Assembly: GCA_002789955.1 (NCBI GenBank)
Contig: PFUG01000212.1
Coordinates: forward strand, 357-64,356
Origin: Deltaproteobacteria bacterium CG_4_9_14_3_um_filter_63_12
GTDB lineage: Bacteria > Myxococcota_A > Bradymonadia > UBA4248 > UM-FILTER-63-12
Length of the DNA: 64,000 nucleotides
Direction of reading: 5' to 3'
Position numbers and translations under genes: made by a program. This document shows positions 8,793 through 18,875 of this stretch, one piece after another (within the stretch, counting starts at the first letter, position 1; each line of letters opens with the position of its first letter). The notes beneath the pieces were generated by a model, which was not told the origin of the DNA, did not search any database, and was given only the letters and a program-made list of their open reading frames with translations.

Positions 8793-9284
8793 ATGACCAT
8801 TATTCGCGATTTCGAAGACGCCCCGCAGCCCCCCACGCCGCTCGAACAGCCGACGCACCGCTGTCGCGTGATGCTGACTCCATTTCAGCGCGAAGACGTT
8901 CGCAAGCGGACTGGCCGCGAGATGGCTTGGGTGGACATCCACGATGACGACGGCCGTGCGTTCGAGAAAGGGATGCCTCAGCGCAACCCCGACGACGTCT
9001 TGTGGCATGCCCTGAGAGACGCCGAGGAGCGCAACAAGTACGACGCGGACTACCACGCCTACCTGATCGCCTTGGCCGCCTGGCAGGACGCGAACAAGGC
9101 GACCCCGGCGCAAATCGCCGATGAGCTCGCCGAGGAGGCCGAAGAAGACGCTGAAGCGAGGGCGGAAGCGTTCGCCGAGTTCTATGCAGCGGAGGGTGCT
9201 GCGCTCGAGGCCGCGAAAGCCGCTGCCGTCGAGGCCTGGGATCCCAAAGGCAAGAAACGAAAGAAGGCCGCTGCCGGCGAGTGA
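8793..9284 (+). CDS. Hypothetical protein, paralogue of 9316..9864
   Basis: Coding-like codon usage, GGGAG RBS. Shares VxLTPxQRxxVxxxTGxxMxxVxIxDDxG with the next gene. Confidence 0.75.
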   Translation: MTIIRDFEDAPQPPTPLEQPTHRCRVMLTPFQREDVRKRTGREMAWVDIHDDDGRAFEKGMPQRNPDDVLWHALRDAEERNKYDADYHAYLIALAAWQDANKATPAQIADELAEEAEEDAEARAEAFAEFYAAEGAALEAAKAAAVEAWDPKGKKRKKAAAGE

Positions 9285-9315
9285 ATTATCCGTCTGAGAG
9301 TGAGGAGGAGGTTTT

Positions 9316-9864
9316 ATGGCCGGTCCAGGAGTCGAAGATGTCAAGGAAGAGCAGAAAGCCCTTCAGCTGATGATCGAAGAGCTGAACAAGACCAGTGATC
9401 CCGAGCAATTCAACCAGATTCTCGCGATGATCGAGGCTCAGGCCGCCAAGCTGAAGGCGACCGCTGTGGCCGCAGGAGACGCCATCGTCGCCAGCGTTGG
9501 CGGCACCGAGGGGCTGGCCTCGCCCCTTCTGGAAGGACCGCGGCCCAAGGTCGAGGTCCTCCTGACGCCCGAGCAGCGCCAAAAGGTCTTCGATGAGACT
9601 GGCGTGAACATGGAGAGCGTGCTCATCAAGGACGACACCGGCGCCCGCACCTCCACCATGCGGCAGACCACTCCGCCCGAGATCGAGTTCCAAGCCATCG
9701 AGCAGGCCCACGAGTTCAACCGAATGGTCGAGGCCCAGAAGACCATCAGCCAAGACGTCGCCGACGCCATGGCGGGGCTCGAGGACAGCGACGATCCGCG
9801 GCTCGTCGAGGCCCTGGAGAGGGCCAAGGCCGATCCCAATTTCCTCGCCGGTCTCAACAAGTAG
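9316..9864 (+). CDS. Hypothetical helical protein, paralogue of 8793..9284
   Basis: Strong GAGGAGGAGG RBS. Shares the motif with the preceding gene. Confidence 0.8.
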   Translation: MAGPGVEDVKEEQKALQLMIEELNKTSDPEQFNQILAMIEAQAAKLKATAVAAGDAIVASVGGTEGLASPLLEGPRPKVEVLLTPEQRQKVFDETGVNMESVLIKDDTGARTSTMRQTTPPEIEFQAIEQAHEFNRMVEAQKTISQDVADAMAGLEDSDDPRLVEALERAKADPNFLAGLNK

Positions 9865-9897
9865 TCGACGGCAACGACCCGCCAAACAGGTGACGAC

Positions 9898-10737
9898 GTG
9901 AAGATCGCGGTGATCAGCGACCTACACCTTTGCAGCGATCGCAGTTGCCGGGAGTTTACCTTCGACGAGCCCTTCGTCTTGGGACTCTTCGACAGGCTCG
10001 AGGCGCGGCACGACCACATCTTCGTGGTCGGCGATCTCTACAACCTGGAGCACTCTCGCCAGCCATTTGACTGGGCCGGCGAGCTCGAGGCCACCTGGCG
10101 TCGGTATCCGCGCTTGACGGCACGACTGCATGGCGGTGCCGGCTATTTCTTGGTGCATGGGAACCACGATCGCGCCATCGCCGAGTTGCTGGGTGTACCC
10201 GAGCACCTGCGCCTCGAGCTGGGAGGTAGCGTCATCACCGTGACCCACGGCCACAAGCTCGACGGCTGGCTCAAGCAGCTCCCGTGGGTCGCTCCGACCG
10301 GCGCCTGGGTCGAGGCCTGGTTGCGACGAGCCCATCTCGGAAAGGTCGCGGACTCCATCGTCGACGTCGGTCGCCTCGCAGCCCGCGTCGGAACGCCCAG
10401 CGGTGGCGTCGTCTATCGCGGCGAATTTCATGGGGAGCGCTCCATCCGGCTGGCCCGCGAGCTGCTGCTCAGAGAGCGCTCGGATGTGGTCATGATGGGA
10501 CACACGCACTTGGCCACAGCTGCCTTCTTCCCAGAAGGGGGGATCTACCTCAATGGGGGAGGCTGCGCGTTCGGCGAGCTGAGCTATGTCAGCTGCGACC
10601 TGGCCAGCGCCGAGGCGGTGATCCATCGCTACGAAGGCGGACAATGGACCCACGAAAGGACCGTTGCGAAGCAGGCCGCGGGCTGGTCTCAGATCGTCTC
10701 GGAGGGTAAACACCTCAGCTTGCGCGAGTCACGATAG
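9898..10737 (+). CDS. Calcineurin-like metallophosphoesterase (LpxH-like)
   Basis: All five motifs present: ISDLHL, VGDLYN, HGNHD, THGH, MGHTH. Confidence 0.85.
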   Translation: MKIAVISDLHLCSDRSCREFTFDEPFVLGLFDRLEARHDHIFVVGDLYNLEHSRQPFDWAGELEATWRRYPRLTARLHGGAGYFLVHGNHDRAIAELLGVPEHLRLELGGSVITVTHGHKLDGWLKQLPWVAPTGAWVEAWLRRAHLGKVADSIVDVGRLAARVGTPSGGVVYRGEFHGERSIRLARELLLRERSDVVMMGHTHLATAAFFPEGGIYLNGGGCAFGELSYVSCDLASAEAVIHRYEGGQWTHERTVAKQAAGWSQIVSEGKHLSLRESR

Positions 10738-10784
10738 GCAGCTATCGTTGCCTCCAGATCGCTCGAAATTTCGCGTGAGATTTG

Positions 10785-12740
10785 ATGAACGACAACAGTC
10801 CTCCTATCCCTGTTCCGGGCGAAATCGTAGCTGGGCGCTACGAAATTGCTGCCGTGATCGGCCGTGGGGGCGGGGGTGTCGTCTACCGGGCGCGCCAGCT
10901 CGGGATCAACCGAGACGTGGCGATGAAGGTCTTGCCGCCCGAGAGCCAGCTGCACGCTTCGGCGGTGCGCCGGTTCGAGCGGGAGGCCCGCCTGGTCGCT
11001 CGCCTGCGCCACCCCAACACGGTCACGCTCTACGAGTTCAACCGCACCCAGACCGGCCTGCTCTACATCGTGATGGAGTTCGTGGACGGCGTCCCGCTGA
11101 AGGCCGTCCTAGAACGTGAGGGGCAGATTCCGCCCAATCGAGCGGTACCGATCTTCCGGCAAGTGCTCAAGAGCTTGGCTGAGGCGCACTCGCACGGCAT
11201 CGTGCACCGCGACCTCAAACCCGCCAACATCATGCTGTGCAACCTGCACGGCGAACGGGACTTCGTAAAAGTGCTCGACTTCGGCGTCGCCACCGTGCTC
11301 GAGGCCGACGACCAGCTCTTCGACGACGACATGACCCGCACCGCCGACGTGGTCGGCACCCCCAAGTACATGGCCCCTGAGCAGTTCCGCTCGGGCACCC
11401 TCACCGCGGCGAGCGACCTCTACGCCACGGCCTGCATCGCCTTCGAGATGCTCGCCGGATACTGCCCCTTCGACGGCGAGACGCTGCACGTCACCATCGC
11501 CAAACACCTCTTCCAGCCTGCACCCAAGTTGCCCGATTTCCTCAGCCGCTACCCCAACCTCGTCGCGACCATCGAGCGCTTGCTGGAGAAGACCCCCGAG
11601 ACCCGCTTCCAGACCGCCGAAGCCGTCCTCGAGTCGCTGACAAACTGGGAGGCCGGGGTTCCAGACGCCAAACCGTACGTGGCGACGATGCCGACTGCCA
11701 ACGACTCCTACGTCGAGGCCTACAAGCAAGAGGCCGGACCTGGCGGGCTCCCACACCAGATGCCCTTCGACGCCACACCGCAGCCTGGCTCCGTCAACTC
11801 GGTGACCAACAACGGATTGCGCAACGACATCAGCTCGCGCTATGGCCAACATCCATTGCAGCAGGGCTACACCGCAACTCCGAGCCACCCCATCTACCCA
11901 CAGGACGCCGTCAACGCGGGAGACACCAACCCGAACATGATGGTCCTGTCCCAGCCGCGCAGCAGCGGCGACGCCCGCACCTGGCTGCTCCTGGGCATGG
12001 TCTTCACCGTCATCGTGCTGGCCGCGGTCGCCTTCCTCATCCTCACGCGCCACATGCGCGGAAAAGACACGCAGTCCGAGGACGCCTCGGGCGCAGCGGA
12101 GGCCACGGAACACTCCGACCCAAGCACCGCAAGCAACGGTCATGGACTAGAGATGTCGTCGGACTCCCTCGATCGCATCAGCACCATCTACTTCGCCACC
12201 GACCAGGGCTCCATCTCCTGCGCCAACGGCTTTGTCGAAGGCAGCTCGCGAGCGAAGCCAGCGGCGAAGACCCCCATCCCGAAGGAGCTCCCTAAGGACC
12301 CGGTAAAGACAGATCCTGTCGTCAAGAACGACCCGGTAAAGACAGATCCTGTCGTCAAGAACGACCCGGTCAAGACAGATCCTGTCGTCAAGAACGACCC
12401 GGTCAAGACAGACCCTGTCGTCAAGAACGACCCGGTAACGACAGACCCTGTCGTCAAGAACGACCCGGTCAAGACAGGTCCGGACAAGGACGATCCAGCT
12501 AAGACCGCCCGCGAATACACCCGCTTCTCGTTCAAATATCAGCCTCCCACCTGCAAGGTGAAGGTCAGCGGCGCCAAGGAGTCGAGCTGCAAGGCGGGGG
12601 TCTGCAAGGTCCGGGCGGCCATCGGCACGACCCTCTCGATCGAGGTCTCCGCGGAGGGACGGCCCACTCTCAAAAAGAGCATCAAGGTCACCAAGGAAGT
12701 GACCGTGGACACCATCACGCTCTACCGGCGTTCGAACTAG
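10785..12740 (+). CDS. Membrane-anchored Hanks-type Ser/Thr protein kinase
   Basis: GRGGGGVVY, VAMK, HRDLKPAN, DFG, GTPKYMAPE. TM helix WLLLGMVFTVIVLAAVAFLIL, repeat linker and a small C-terminal beta domain. Confidence 0.95.
   Translation: MNDNSPPIPVPGEIVAGRYEIAAVIGRGGGGVVYRARQLGINRDVAMKVLPPESQLHASAVRRFEREARLVARLRHPNTVTLYEFNRTQTGLLYIVMEFVDGVPLKAVLEREGQIPPNRAVPIFRQVLKSLAEAHSHGIVHRDLKPANIMLCNLHGERDFVKVLDFGVATVLEADDQLFDDDMTRTADVVGTPKYMAPEQFRSGTLTAASDLYATACIAFEMLAGYCPFDGETLHVTIAKHLFQPAPKLPDFLSRYPNLVATIERLLEKTPETRFQTAEAVLESLTNWEAGVPDAKPYVATMPTANDSYVEAYKQEAGPGGLPHQMPFDATPQPGSVNSVTNNGLRNDISSRYGQHPLQQGYTATPSHPIYPQDAVNAGDTNPNMMVLSQPRSSGDARTWLLLGMVFTVIVLAAVAFLILTRHMRGKDTQSEDASGAAEATEHSDPSTASNGHGLEMSSDSLDRISTIYFATDQGSISCANGFVEGSSRAKPAAKTPIPKELPKDPVKTDPVVKNDPVKTDPVVKNDPVKTDPVVKNDPVKTDPVVKNDPVTTDPVVKNDPVKTGPDKDDPAKTAREYTRFSFKYQPPTCKVKVSGAKESSCKAGVCKVRAAIGTTLSIEVSAEGRPTLKKSIKVTKEVTVDTITLYRRSN
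12297..12477 (+). repeat. Intragenic 33-bp tandem repeat (DPVKTDPVVKN, ~5.5 copies)
   Basis: Unit gacccggtMaagacagaYcctgtcgtcaagaac starts at 12297, 12330, 12363, 12396, 12429 and 12462 (partial). Confidence 0.95.
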
Positions 12741-12757
12741 TCACGGGTTTCGGTCCG

Positions 12758-13342
12758 ATGAATGACCCGATAAACACCCCCGCTCTCTGGTCCCTAGAGA
12801 CCGAGCGGCTGCAGTTGGTTCACCTCTCCACGGTCGAGCCCGATGCCATGCGGCAGTTCACCCTGCGCAACAAAGAGCATCTGGCCGCCACCAGCCCGTC
12901 TCGACCGGCGGGTTTCTACACCCGAGAGTTCTGGGCCGAGCGCATTGTTCTTGCCCGCACTGAGCTCGAAGACGGCGTCGCGGTGCGGCTCGTCGGAAGG
13001 CTACACGGCGCAGAGCCCATAGCGCTTACCGTGAACTTCACCCAAATCGTTCGTGGCCCGATGCAGGCCTGTTATCTGGGCTACGATTGCGACGGCGCCC
13101 AACAGGGCCAGGGTCTCATGACCGAGGCCCTACGCGCTGCCATCGCTCACCTCTTCGACGTCCTCGACCTCCACCGCATCATGGCCAACCACCTCGTCGA
13201 GAACGTCGCCTCGGCGCGAGTCCTGGCCAAGCTCGGGTTTGCCGTCGAGGGCCGCGCTGCGAACCTTCTCCTGATCGCCGGCGAGTGGCGCGACCACATC
13301 CTCAACGCCCGAATCAATCCGAACTGGCGCGGCCTCTATTGA
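12758..13342 (+). CDS. RimJ/RimL-family GNAT N-acetyltransferase
   Basis: LETERLQL, IVRGPMQACYLGY, QGQGLMTEAL, LHRIMAN..N.ASARVLAKLGFAVEG, IAGEWRDH. Confidence 0.9.
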   Translation: MNDPINTPALWSLETERLQLVHLSTVEPDAMRQFTLRNKEHLAATSPSRPAGFYTREFWAERIVLARTELEDGVAVRLVGRLHGAEPIALTVNFTQIVRGPMQACYLGYDCDGAQQGQGLMTEALRAAIAHLFDVLDLHRIMANHLVENVASARVLAKLGFAVEGRAANLLLIAGEWRDHILNARINPNWRGLY

Positions 13343-13346
13343 TGCT

Positions 13347-13412
13347 GCGATCGCGAGCGCGGGCACTCCAGCTCGCTCGTCTCGAGCGAGCGCCGTGTTG
13401 CGAAGCGAGCGA
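13347..13412 (+). repeat. Dispersed REP-like repeat family B, copy 1
   Basis: cgcgagcgcgggcactccagctcgctcgtctcgagcgagcgccgtgttgcgaagcgagcga. Near-identical to the reverse complement of 31179-31244. Confidence 0.85.
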
Positions 13413-13610
13413 AATCCGGTCGGATTTCGCGCGCGACTCGGAACCGTGCTGGCTCGAAGCGAGCCACTTTGGTCCCCATGCGCGATCTAAACCCGCGCCT
13501 CTCATCCTTCTTTTTCTACGGCGGCGTCCTCGGTAGAGTGGCAACGTTGTCAAAATCGTCTAGGTGACTCTCGCCGCTTGGCGTGAGTCTTCGCAATCGG
13601 ATTTTCGCGC

Positions 13611-16600
13611 ATGACCCGGAACAGAGGGGGCTCGAAGCGAGCCCCCTCGCGGCCCTACGCGCGATTGGAGTGCACCTTGAGCCGTCACGTTTCGCCCCCC
13701 TTCGCTCTCACGCTGCTCTGTGCCGTTTTTCTGTCGCTGGTTTGCGCTTGCGACAAGCTCGAGCCCGTTGGGTTCGATGACCTAGTGAACGACGCATTGC
13801 CCGATCTTGCGCACGACGTAAGCGCCGACGTGGACTCGTCGGACACCCCCGAAGAGGCCGACGAGACCGAGCTGCCCTTCGTCCCCGAGGTCATCGAGAC
13901 CGAGTGCATGGGCTCGTTCGCGCAGGGAGCGCCGGGCACCCGCGTGCTGGCCGACCTCTGCGACGCCATCGGCGAACCGGTCGGGCAAGGCACCGCCTCT
14001 GTTCACCAGATCACCGACGCCAGCGAGCTCTTCCAGGGCCCCGCTGCGCGCGGTCAGGTCGGCGACTGGATGGTCGACACCGGCGTCGCCCGTTTCATTA
14101 TCGAGGGGGTCGATCGCCACTCCATCCCCTGCCCCTACGGCGGCAGCCCAATCGACGTCAGTTACTTCGGCGAGTCGCCGACCGGGACCCCCGATCACCT
14201 AGGCGAGATCTGCTTCTTCATGCAGCTCGGCCGGACCGTCGCGCCACGCAGCGACGCCGACTTCGAGATCGTCGCCGACGGCTCGGACGGCGGCGCTGCC
14301 ATCCTCGCCGTCACCAGCCACGACACTTTGTCCGACTGGCTCAACCTCGAGGCGTTCGCCAAGGAGTACGTCGGATTCTTGGTCAACACTCCGTTCTCAC
14401 CGGAAAAAGACCTGCATCTGACGCTGACCCACTACTACATCGCCCGACCCGGCGACAACTATCTGTCCTACCTGACCGCAGCCCGCAACGACGGCGACCG
14501 TTTCCAGCATGTGTTGGGCGGTGACCTGATCGACTCCGGCGGACTGGGCCGCTTCTTCAATCCAGCCTCGGGGCTGCAAGGCTTCGGCTACCTGGACATG
14601 AACCCCGAGCAGATGGAGTACTTGGCCTTCATCTCCGACGAGTCCAGCCACGCTTACGTCCCCGGCATCCGGGGCCTCGACGACCAAGGTGAGGTCCTGC
14701 CCGACGCCACCTACCTCGCCATCAGCGGCGCGGCGGCCATTCTCCTCGGCACCACCGACCCCATCGCCCTGTTGAACAAGGGCCCCCAGGCTCTGCGAGA
14801 ACCCGGCGTCGTCAAGCTCGAGGTCGGCCGCTCGACGGTCTGGTCGCGGCGGATCTACGCCGGAGGCGCCGACTTCTCCACCATCACCGACGAACTCTTT
14901 GCGCTCCGCGGCCAGGCCACGGGACACGTCAAGGCTCGAGTGGTCGACGGTGCTGGCCTCGCTGTCGCTGGGGTCCCGGTCGCCGCCGTCCGCGTCTTCA
15001 GCGCAGTGGCGGGCCGCACCGAGACGCGCTTTGTGAGCGACGTCGACGGTTGGGTCGAGGGAGACCTGCCCGTCGGCAGCTACACCCTGCTCCCCGACGC
15101 TAATGACCGCGCCGCCGCCGCCCCGGTCCCGTTCGACCTGGCCGCTGGCGACTCGCTCGACCTCTCTCTCCCCGTTGGCGAGCCAGGCCTCATCCACTTC
15201 GACGTCAAGAACGGCATCGACGACTCGCCGCTCCCCGCCCGCGTCACCATCCTCTGCGACGGCACCTGCCCTCGCCCGACCAACTCGAAGCTGCGCGACG
15301 TCACCTTCGACGGCATCGGCGCCAACGTCGCCGCCGTCTTCTTCATCGGCGTCGACGGCCACATGGACTGGCCCATCGTGCCGGGAACCTACCGGGTGCT
15401 CGTCTCCCACGGCATGACCTGGTCGGTCTACCCGCTGGGCACCGCTGGTGAGGGACCCAATGCCGGAGGCGAGGTCGTGACCGTGCCCGAGGGCGGTGAG
15501 GCCGCCGTGAACGCCGTGCTCTACAAAGCCGTCGACACCAGTGAGTTCCTCAGCGCCGACTTCCACGTCCACGCCGTCAACTCCCCCGACGCGCCGGTGG
15601 CCAACAGCGAACGCGTCCTGTCCTTCCTCGGCGCAGGCGTCGACGTGCTGATCTCCACCGACCACGACTTCGTGACCGACTACGGCCCTTACGTCCGCGC
15701 GCTGGGCGCCGAGGGGCAGCTCGCGACCATGGTCGGCGAAGAGCTGACGACCTTCACCTACGGACACTTCAACGCCTTCCCGCTGCAGCACGCTCCCAAC
15801 GACCGCAACGGTGGGGCCATCGACTGGGCCGTCGATGACGGCCCTGCCATGCACCCCAGAGACATCTTCGCCGCCTTCACAGCCAACCCCGGTGAGCAAG
15901 TGATCCAGGTGAACCACCCGCAGAGCGGCTATTTTTCGGCCATCTACCTCGACGCGAGGACCCTGACCTCGCACGCCGACCCGACCCTCCACCGCATCGC
16001 TCCGGCCGAACCCGCTCCCGTGACGGGAGACACCGGCCTCTTCGACGAGGGTTTCACGGCCGTAGAGGTCTACAACGGATACAGCCGGAACAGCTTCTGG
16101 GGCGTGATGAACAGCTGGTTCCCCATGGTCGCGCAGGGCCTCGTCCCCACCATCACTGCCACCAGCGACAGCCATCGCGTCTATTCCAGCCTCGGTGGCA
16201 GCCCATGCACGTGGGTGCACGTCGGCGCAGGCCGCGACACCCCCTCGACCATGGACGCAGCGACCTTCGTGAGCCAGACCAACGCCAACCAAGCGTTCGG
16301 CAGCAACGGGCCGTTCGTGCGCTTATGGGCGACCAACGCCGCTGGCGAGCGGGTCGAGACCGCCGGGCTCCTCGCCAGCGGGGGGGCAAACCATGAGGTG
16401 ACCATTGGGGTCGAGGTCCAGACGCCCCTGTGGATGAAGGTGGATACGGTGACGCTCTACGGCAATCTCGTGGACACGGCCCCATTGCCTGGGGAAGTGA
16501 ACACTACGGAACCCACTTCCCTCGAGGTCGCAAGTTTCACCCTGACGGACGCCGACCTCCTGCCCTCGGCGAGCCCTGGGGCGGAACCGACCCGCCTGCT

Positions 16601-16901
16601 GCGCTACCGCAAAGAGGTGACCTTTACGGTCGCGCCCGCAGCCGACAGCTACTACGTGGTCACCGTCGAGGGAAAGAGCGCCCCCAGCATGGTCCCTGTG
16701 ATTTGGAGCAACACGCAGCCCTTCGCGTTCTCGAACGCGCTCCTCGTCGACGTGGACGGCGGTGGCTATGACAAGCCGCCGATGACCCGAGCCGCAGGGA
16801 GCGGGGGTGGGCATCCCAAGGCGACGCCCCAGACGCGCCCGCTCGAGACGCGAGAAGACTGGGAAGCGCTGCGTCGTGCGCTGATTGAACGTCTGCGCTG
16901 A
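13611..16901 (+). CDS. Large secreted/lipoprotein PHP-domain metallohydrolase (CehA/McbA-like)
   Basis: Lipobox-like LVCAC. PHP motifs ADFHVHAVNSPD, STDHD, GEELTT..GHFNAFP, QVNHP, VEVYNG, ATSDSH. Carboxypeptidase-regulatory-like beta domains precede it. True start uncertain. Confidence 0.85.
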   Translation: MTRNRGGSKRAPSRPYARLECTLSRHVSPPFALTLLCAVFLSLVCACDKLEPVGFDDLVNDALPDLAHDVSADVDSSDTPEEADETELPFVPEVIETECMGSFAQGAPGTRVLADLCDAIGEPVGQGTASVHQITDASELFQGPAARGQVGDWMVDTGVARFIIEGVDRHSIPCPYGGSPIDVSYFGESPTGTPDHLGEICFFMQLGRTVAPRSDADFEIVADGSDGGAAILAVTSHDTLSDWLNLEAFAKEYVGFLVNTPFSPEKDLHLTLTHYYIARPGDNYLSYLTAARNDGDRFQHVLGGDLIDSGGLGRFFNPASGLQGFGYLDMNPEQMEYLAFISDESSHAYVPGIRGLDDQGEVLPDATYLAISGAAAILLGTTDPIALLNKGPQALREPGVVKLEVGRSTVWSRRIYAGGADFSTITDELFALRGQATGHVKARVVDGAGLAVAGVPVAAVRVFSAVAGRTETRFVSDVDGWVEGDLPVGSYTLLPDANDRAAAAPVPFDLAAGDSLDLSLPVGEPGLIHFDVKNGIDDSPLPARVTILCDGTCPRPTNSKLRDVTFDGIGANVAAVFFIGVDGHMDWPIVPGTYRVLVSHGMTWSVYPLGTAGEGPNAGGEVVTVPEGGEAAVNAVLYKAVDTSEFLSADFHVHAVNSPDAPVANSERVLSFLGAGVDVLISTDHDFVTDYGPYVRALGAEGQLATMVGEELTTFTYGHFNAFPLQHAPNDRNGGAIDWAVDDGPAMHPRDIFAAFTANPGEQVIQVNHPQSGYFSAIYLDARTLTSHADPTLHRIAPAEPAPVTGDTGLFDEGFTAVEVYNGYSRNSFWGVMNSWFPMVAQGLVPTITATSDSHRVYSSLGGSPCTWVHVGAGRDTPSTMDAATFVSQTNANQAFGSNGPFVRLWATNAAGERVETAGLLASGGANHEVTIGVEVQTPLWMKVDTVTLYGNLVDTAPLPGEVNTTEPTSLEVASFTLTDADLLPSASPGAEPTRLLRYRKEVTFTVAPAADSYYVVTVEGKSAPSMVPVIWSNTQPFAFSNALLVDVDGGGYDKPPMTRAAGSGGGHPKATPQTRPLETREDWEALRRALIERLR

Positions 16902-16910
16902 GGGGTCACC

Positions 16911-18467
16911 ATGAGTTCGAACGCGTCCTCGAGTATGAGCGCAGTGTTGGGAGCCTTGCCGGCAGGGACTTTGGTGCTGGACCGCTACGAGATCCTTTCG
17001 CGCGTCGGCGCCGGTGGTTTCGGCGTGGTCTACAAGGCGCGTCAGCTCAACACGGGCCAACTGGTCGCCATCAAGATGCTCAAGCAGGACCTGCGCGAGG
17101 GCTCCGAAGACCTCGAGACCCAGGTCAAGCGCTTCACTCGGGAGATGGAGCTGATCGCCGTCCTCAATCACCCCCACATCGTCGCCCTCAAGGACTCCGG
17201 AAAGGTCGACGACGACTGGGTCATGATCCTCGAATACGTCGAGGGCACCGAGCTGGCCGAGCGTATCACCCAGGGTGCGATGGAGCCTGGGCTGGTCAAG
17301 CGCGTGATCTGCCAGGCCCTCGAGGCGCTCATCGCGGCCCACCGACGGGGCGTCATTCACCGCGACCTGAAGCCCTCCAACATCATGCTCACGGGCTCCG
17401 CCGACCGGCCGCTGGTCAAGGTGCTGGACTTCGGCATCGCCACCTTCGCCCACGGCGAAGGCGGCGAGGGCGGTGCGCTGACGCAGACCCACGTGGTGCT
17501 TGGGACCCCGGCCTATATGGCGCCAGAGCAGATCCAAAAAGACGAGGCCAGCCCAAGCATCGACGTCTACTCCATGGGACTCATTTTGCTCGAGTGCCTC
17601 TCAGGCCGTCGGGCGGTGACCGGCAAGACCTCCATGGATGTAGCCATGAAGCAGCTCAACGAGCCGGTGCCCATCTCCACTGAGCTGCGCAAGAGCGCCT
17701 TTGGGCCGGTGATCCTCAAGGCCTGCGCCAAATATCCGGAAGACCGCTACACGAGCGCCGAGCAGATGCTCGAGGCCATCGAGGCGCTGGACCTCGAGGC
17801 GCTCGCCCCTCCGGAGAGAAGCAAGGTCGTTTTGTACGCCACGCTCGGCCTGGCCATCGTCCTCCTCATGACGGCCGGCGTGCTGCTCGGACTCAAGTTC
17901 CTGGGCAAGAAGCCGGCGGCCGCTGGCGGTGCCGAGACGCTCACCGAAGAACCAGGCGCCACCGAAGAGTTCTTGGCGCTTCAGCAGCGCGCTCGGCGTG
18001 GCGCAACCGATTCGTTGGCCAAGGGCGCCTTCCTGCCGGCGCTGAAGCTCGCCGAGCCAGTGGCCAACCCACCGGACACCATCTACGCGGCCATGGCCGA
18101 CCTCGAGCGCGACGGGCGCGAGATGCTCAAGGAGTTCTGCGACTGCTACACCGACAACGTCTTCGGCGGCAGTCGCGAGGACTGTGAATCGCAGTATAAG
18201 CTGCTCAAGGAAATCGACTGCGCGAAGGTCGCCTACGAGGTGCACCCCAAGGGCGCCATCGAGCATCTGCGCTGTACCCAAGGCGCCATCGTGAGCTTCA
18301 AAGACTGCGTGGCCGGCTGCCCAGCGCTCGACAGCGCCAAGGGCGGACAATGCCTGGCCAAAGCCGGCGACGACGCCAACACTTGCCGCAGCGAGTCTCC
18401 CCTCGGGCTCTTGGTCCAGATTGACTCCTGCATGGAGATCGCACTCAAGTCGCCGCACGGCCGCTGA
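16911..18467 (+). CDS. Ser/Thr protein kinase with TM helix and Cys-rich extracytoplasmic domain
   Basis: GAGGFGVVY, VAIK, HRDLKPSN, DFG, GTPAYMAPE. TM VVLYATLGLAIVLLMTAGVLLGL. 10 Cys in the C-terminal domain. Confidence 0.95.
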   Translation: MSSNASSSMSAVLGALPAGTLVLDRYEILSRVGAGGFGVVYKARQLNTGQLVAIKMLKQDLREGSEDLETQVKRFTREMELIAVLNHPHIVALKDSGKVDDDWVMILEYVEGTELAERITQGAMEPGLVKRVICQALEALIAAHRRGVIHRDLKPSNIMLTGSADRPLVKVLDFGIATFAHGEGGEGGALTQTHVVLGTPAYMAPEQIQKDEASPSIDVYSMGLILLECLSGRRAVTGKTSMDVAMKQLNEPVPISTELRKSAFGPVILKACAKYPEDRYTSAEQMLEAIEALDLEALAPPERSKVVLYATLGLAIVLLMTAGVLLGLKFLGKKPAAAGGAETLTEEPGATEEFLALQQRARRGATDSLAKGAFLPALKLAEPVANPPDTIYAAMADLERDGREMLKEFCDCYTDNVFGGSREDCESQYKLLKEIDCAKVAYEVHPKGAIEHLRCTQGAIVSFKDCVAGCPALDSAKGGQCLAKAGDDANTCRSESPLGLLVQIDSCMEIALKSPHGR

Positions 18468-18808
18468 GCGAGCACACTTGCCGAACTGGTTACGGCGCCG
18501 TTTCAGGCGCACGCGAGGTTCCGATGGACGCGAACACGCGCCTGCAACGATGGCAGGCTGGAAGCGGCGCTCGCCGCGGCGGCGAGCCTGGGCACGACCG
18601 GTGGTGACGGCGACACCCCTTGTCTCTCGGTCGCGGCCCACTTGGGGCAGCTCGACCTCGTTCGCCGAGGGCGCGTCGGCAAATCGTCACGACGGCGACC
18701 GCCTCAGGCCCTTGAGATTCGAACCTGATTGCTGATGCAGACTGTGCTGGTCCGCGCTGCGCCTCTTCACAAGGTCGAAGTGCAGATGAGGTTTTTGTGC
18801 AGGGTACA

Positions 18809-18837
18809 TTGACGGTGGCTCTACTTTGCCCTAACCC
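18809..18837 (+). promoter_or_regulatory. Putative sigma70 promoter for the kinase at 18876
   Basis: TTGACG, 17-bp spacer, TAACCC. Confidence 0.4.
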
Positions 18838-18875
18838 TCGAAGGCACGGGAGCACATGCATTCGAGTGAGAGGCC

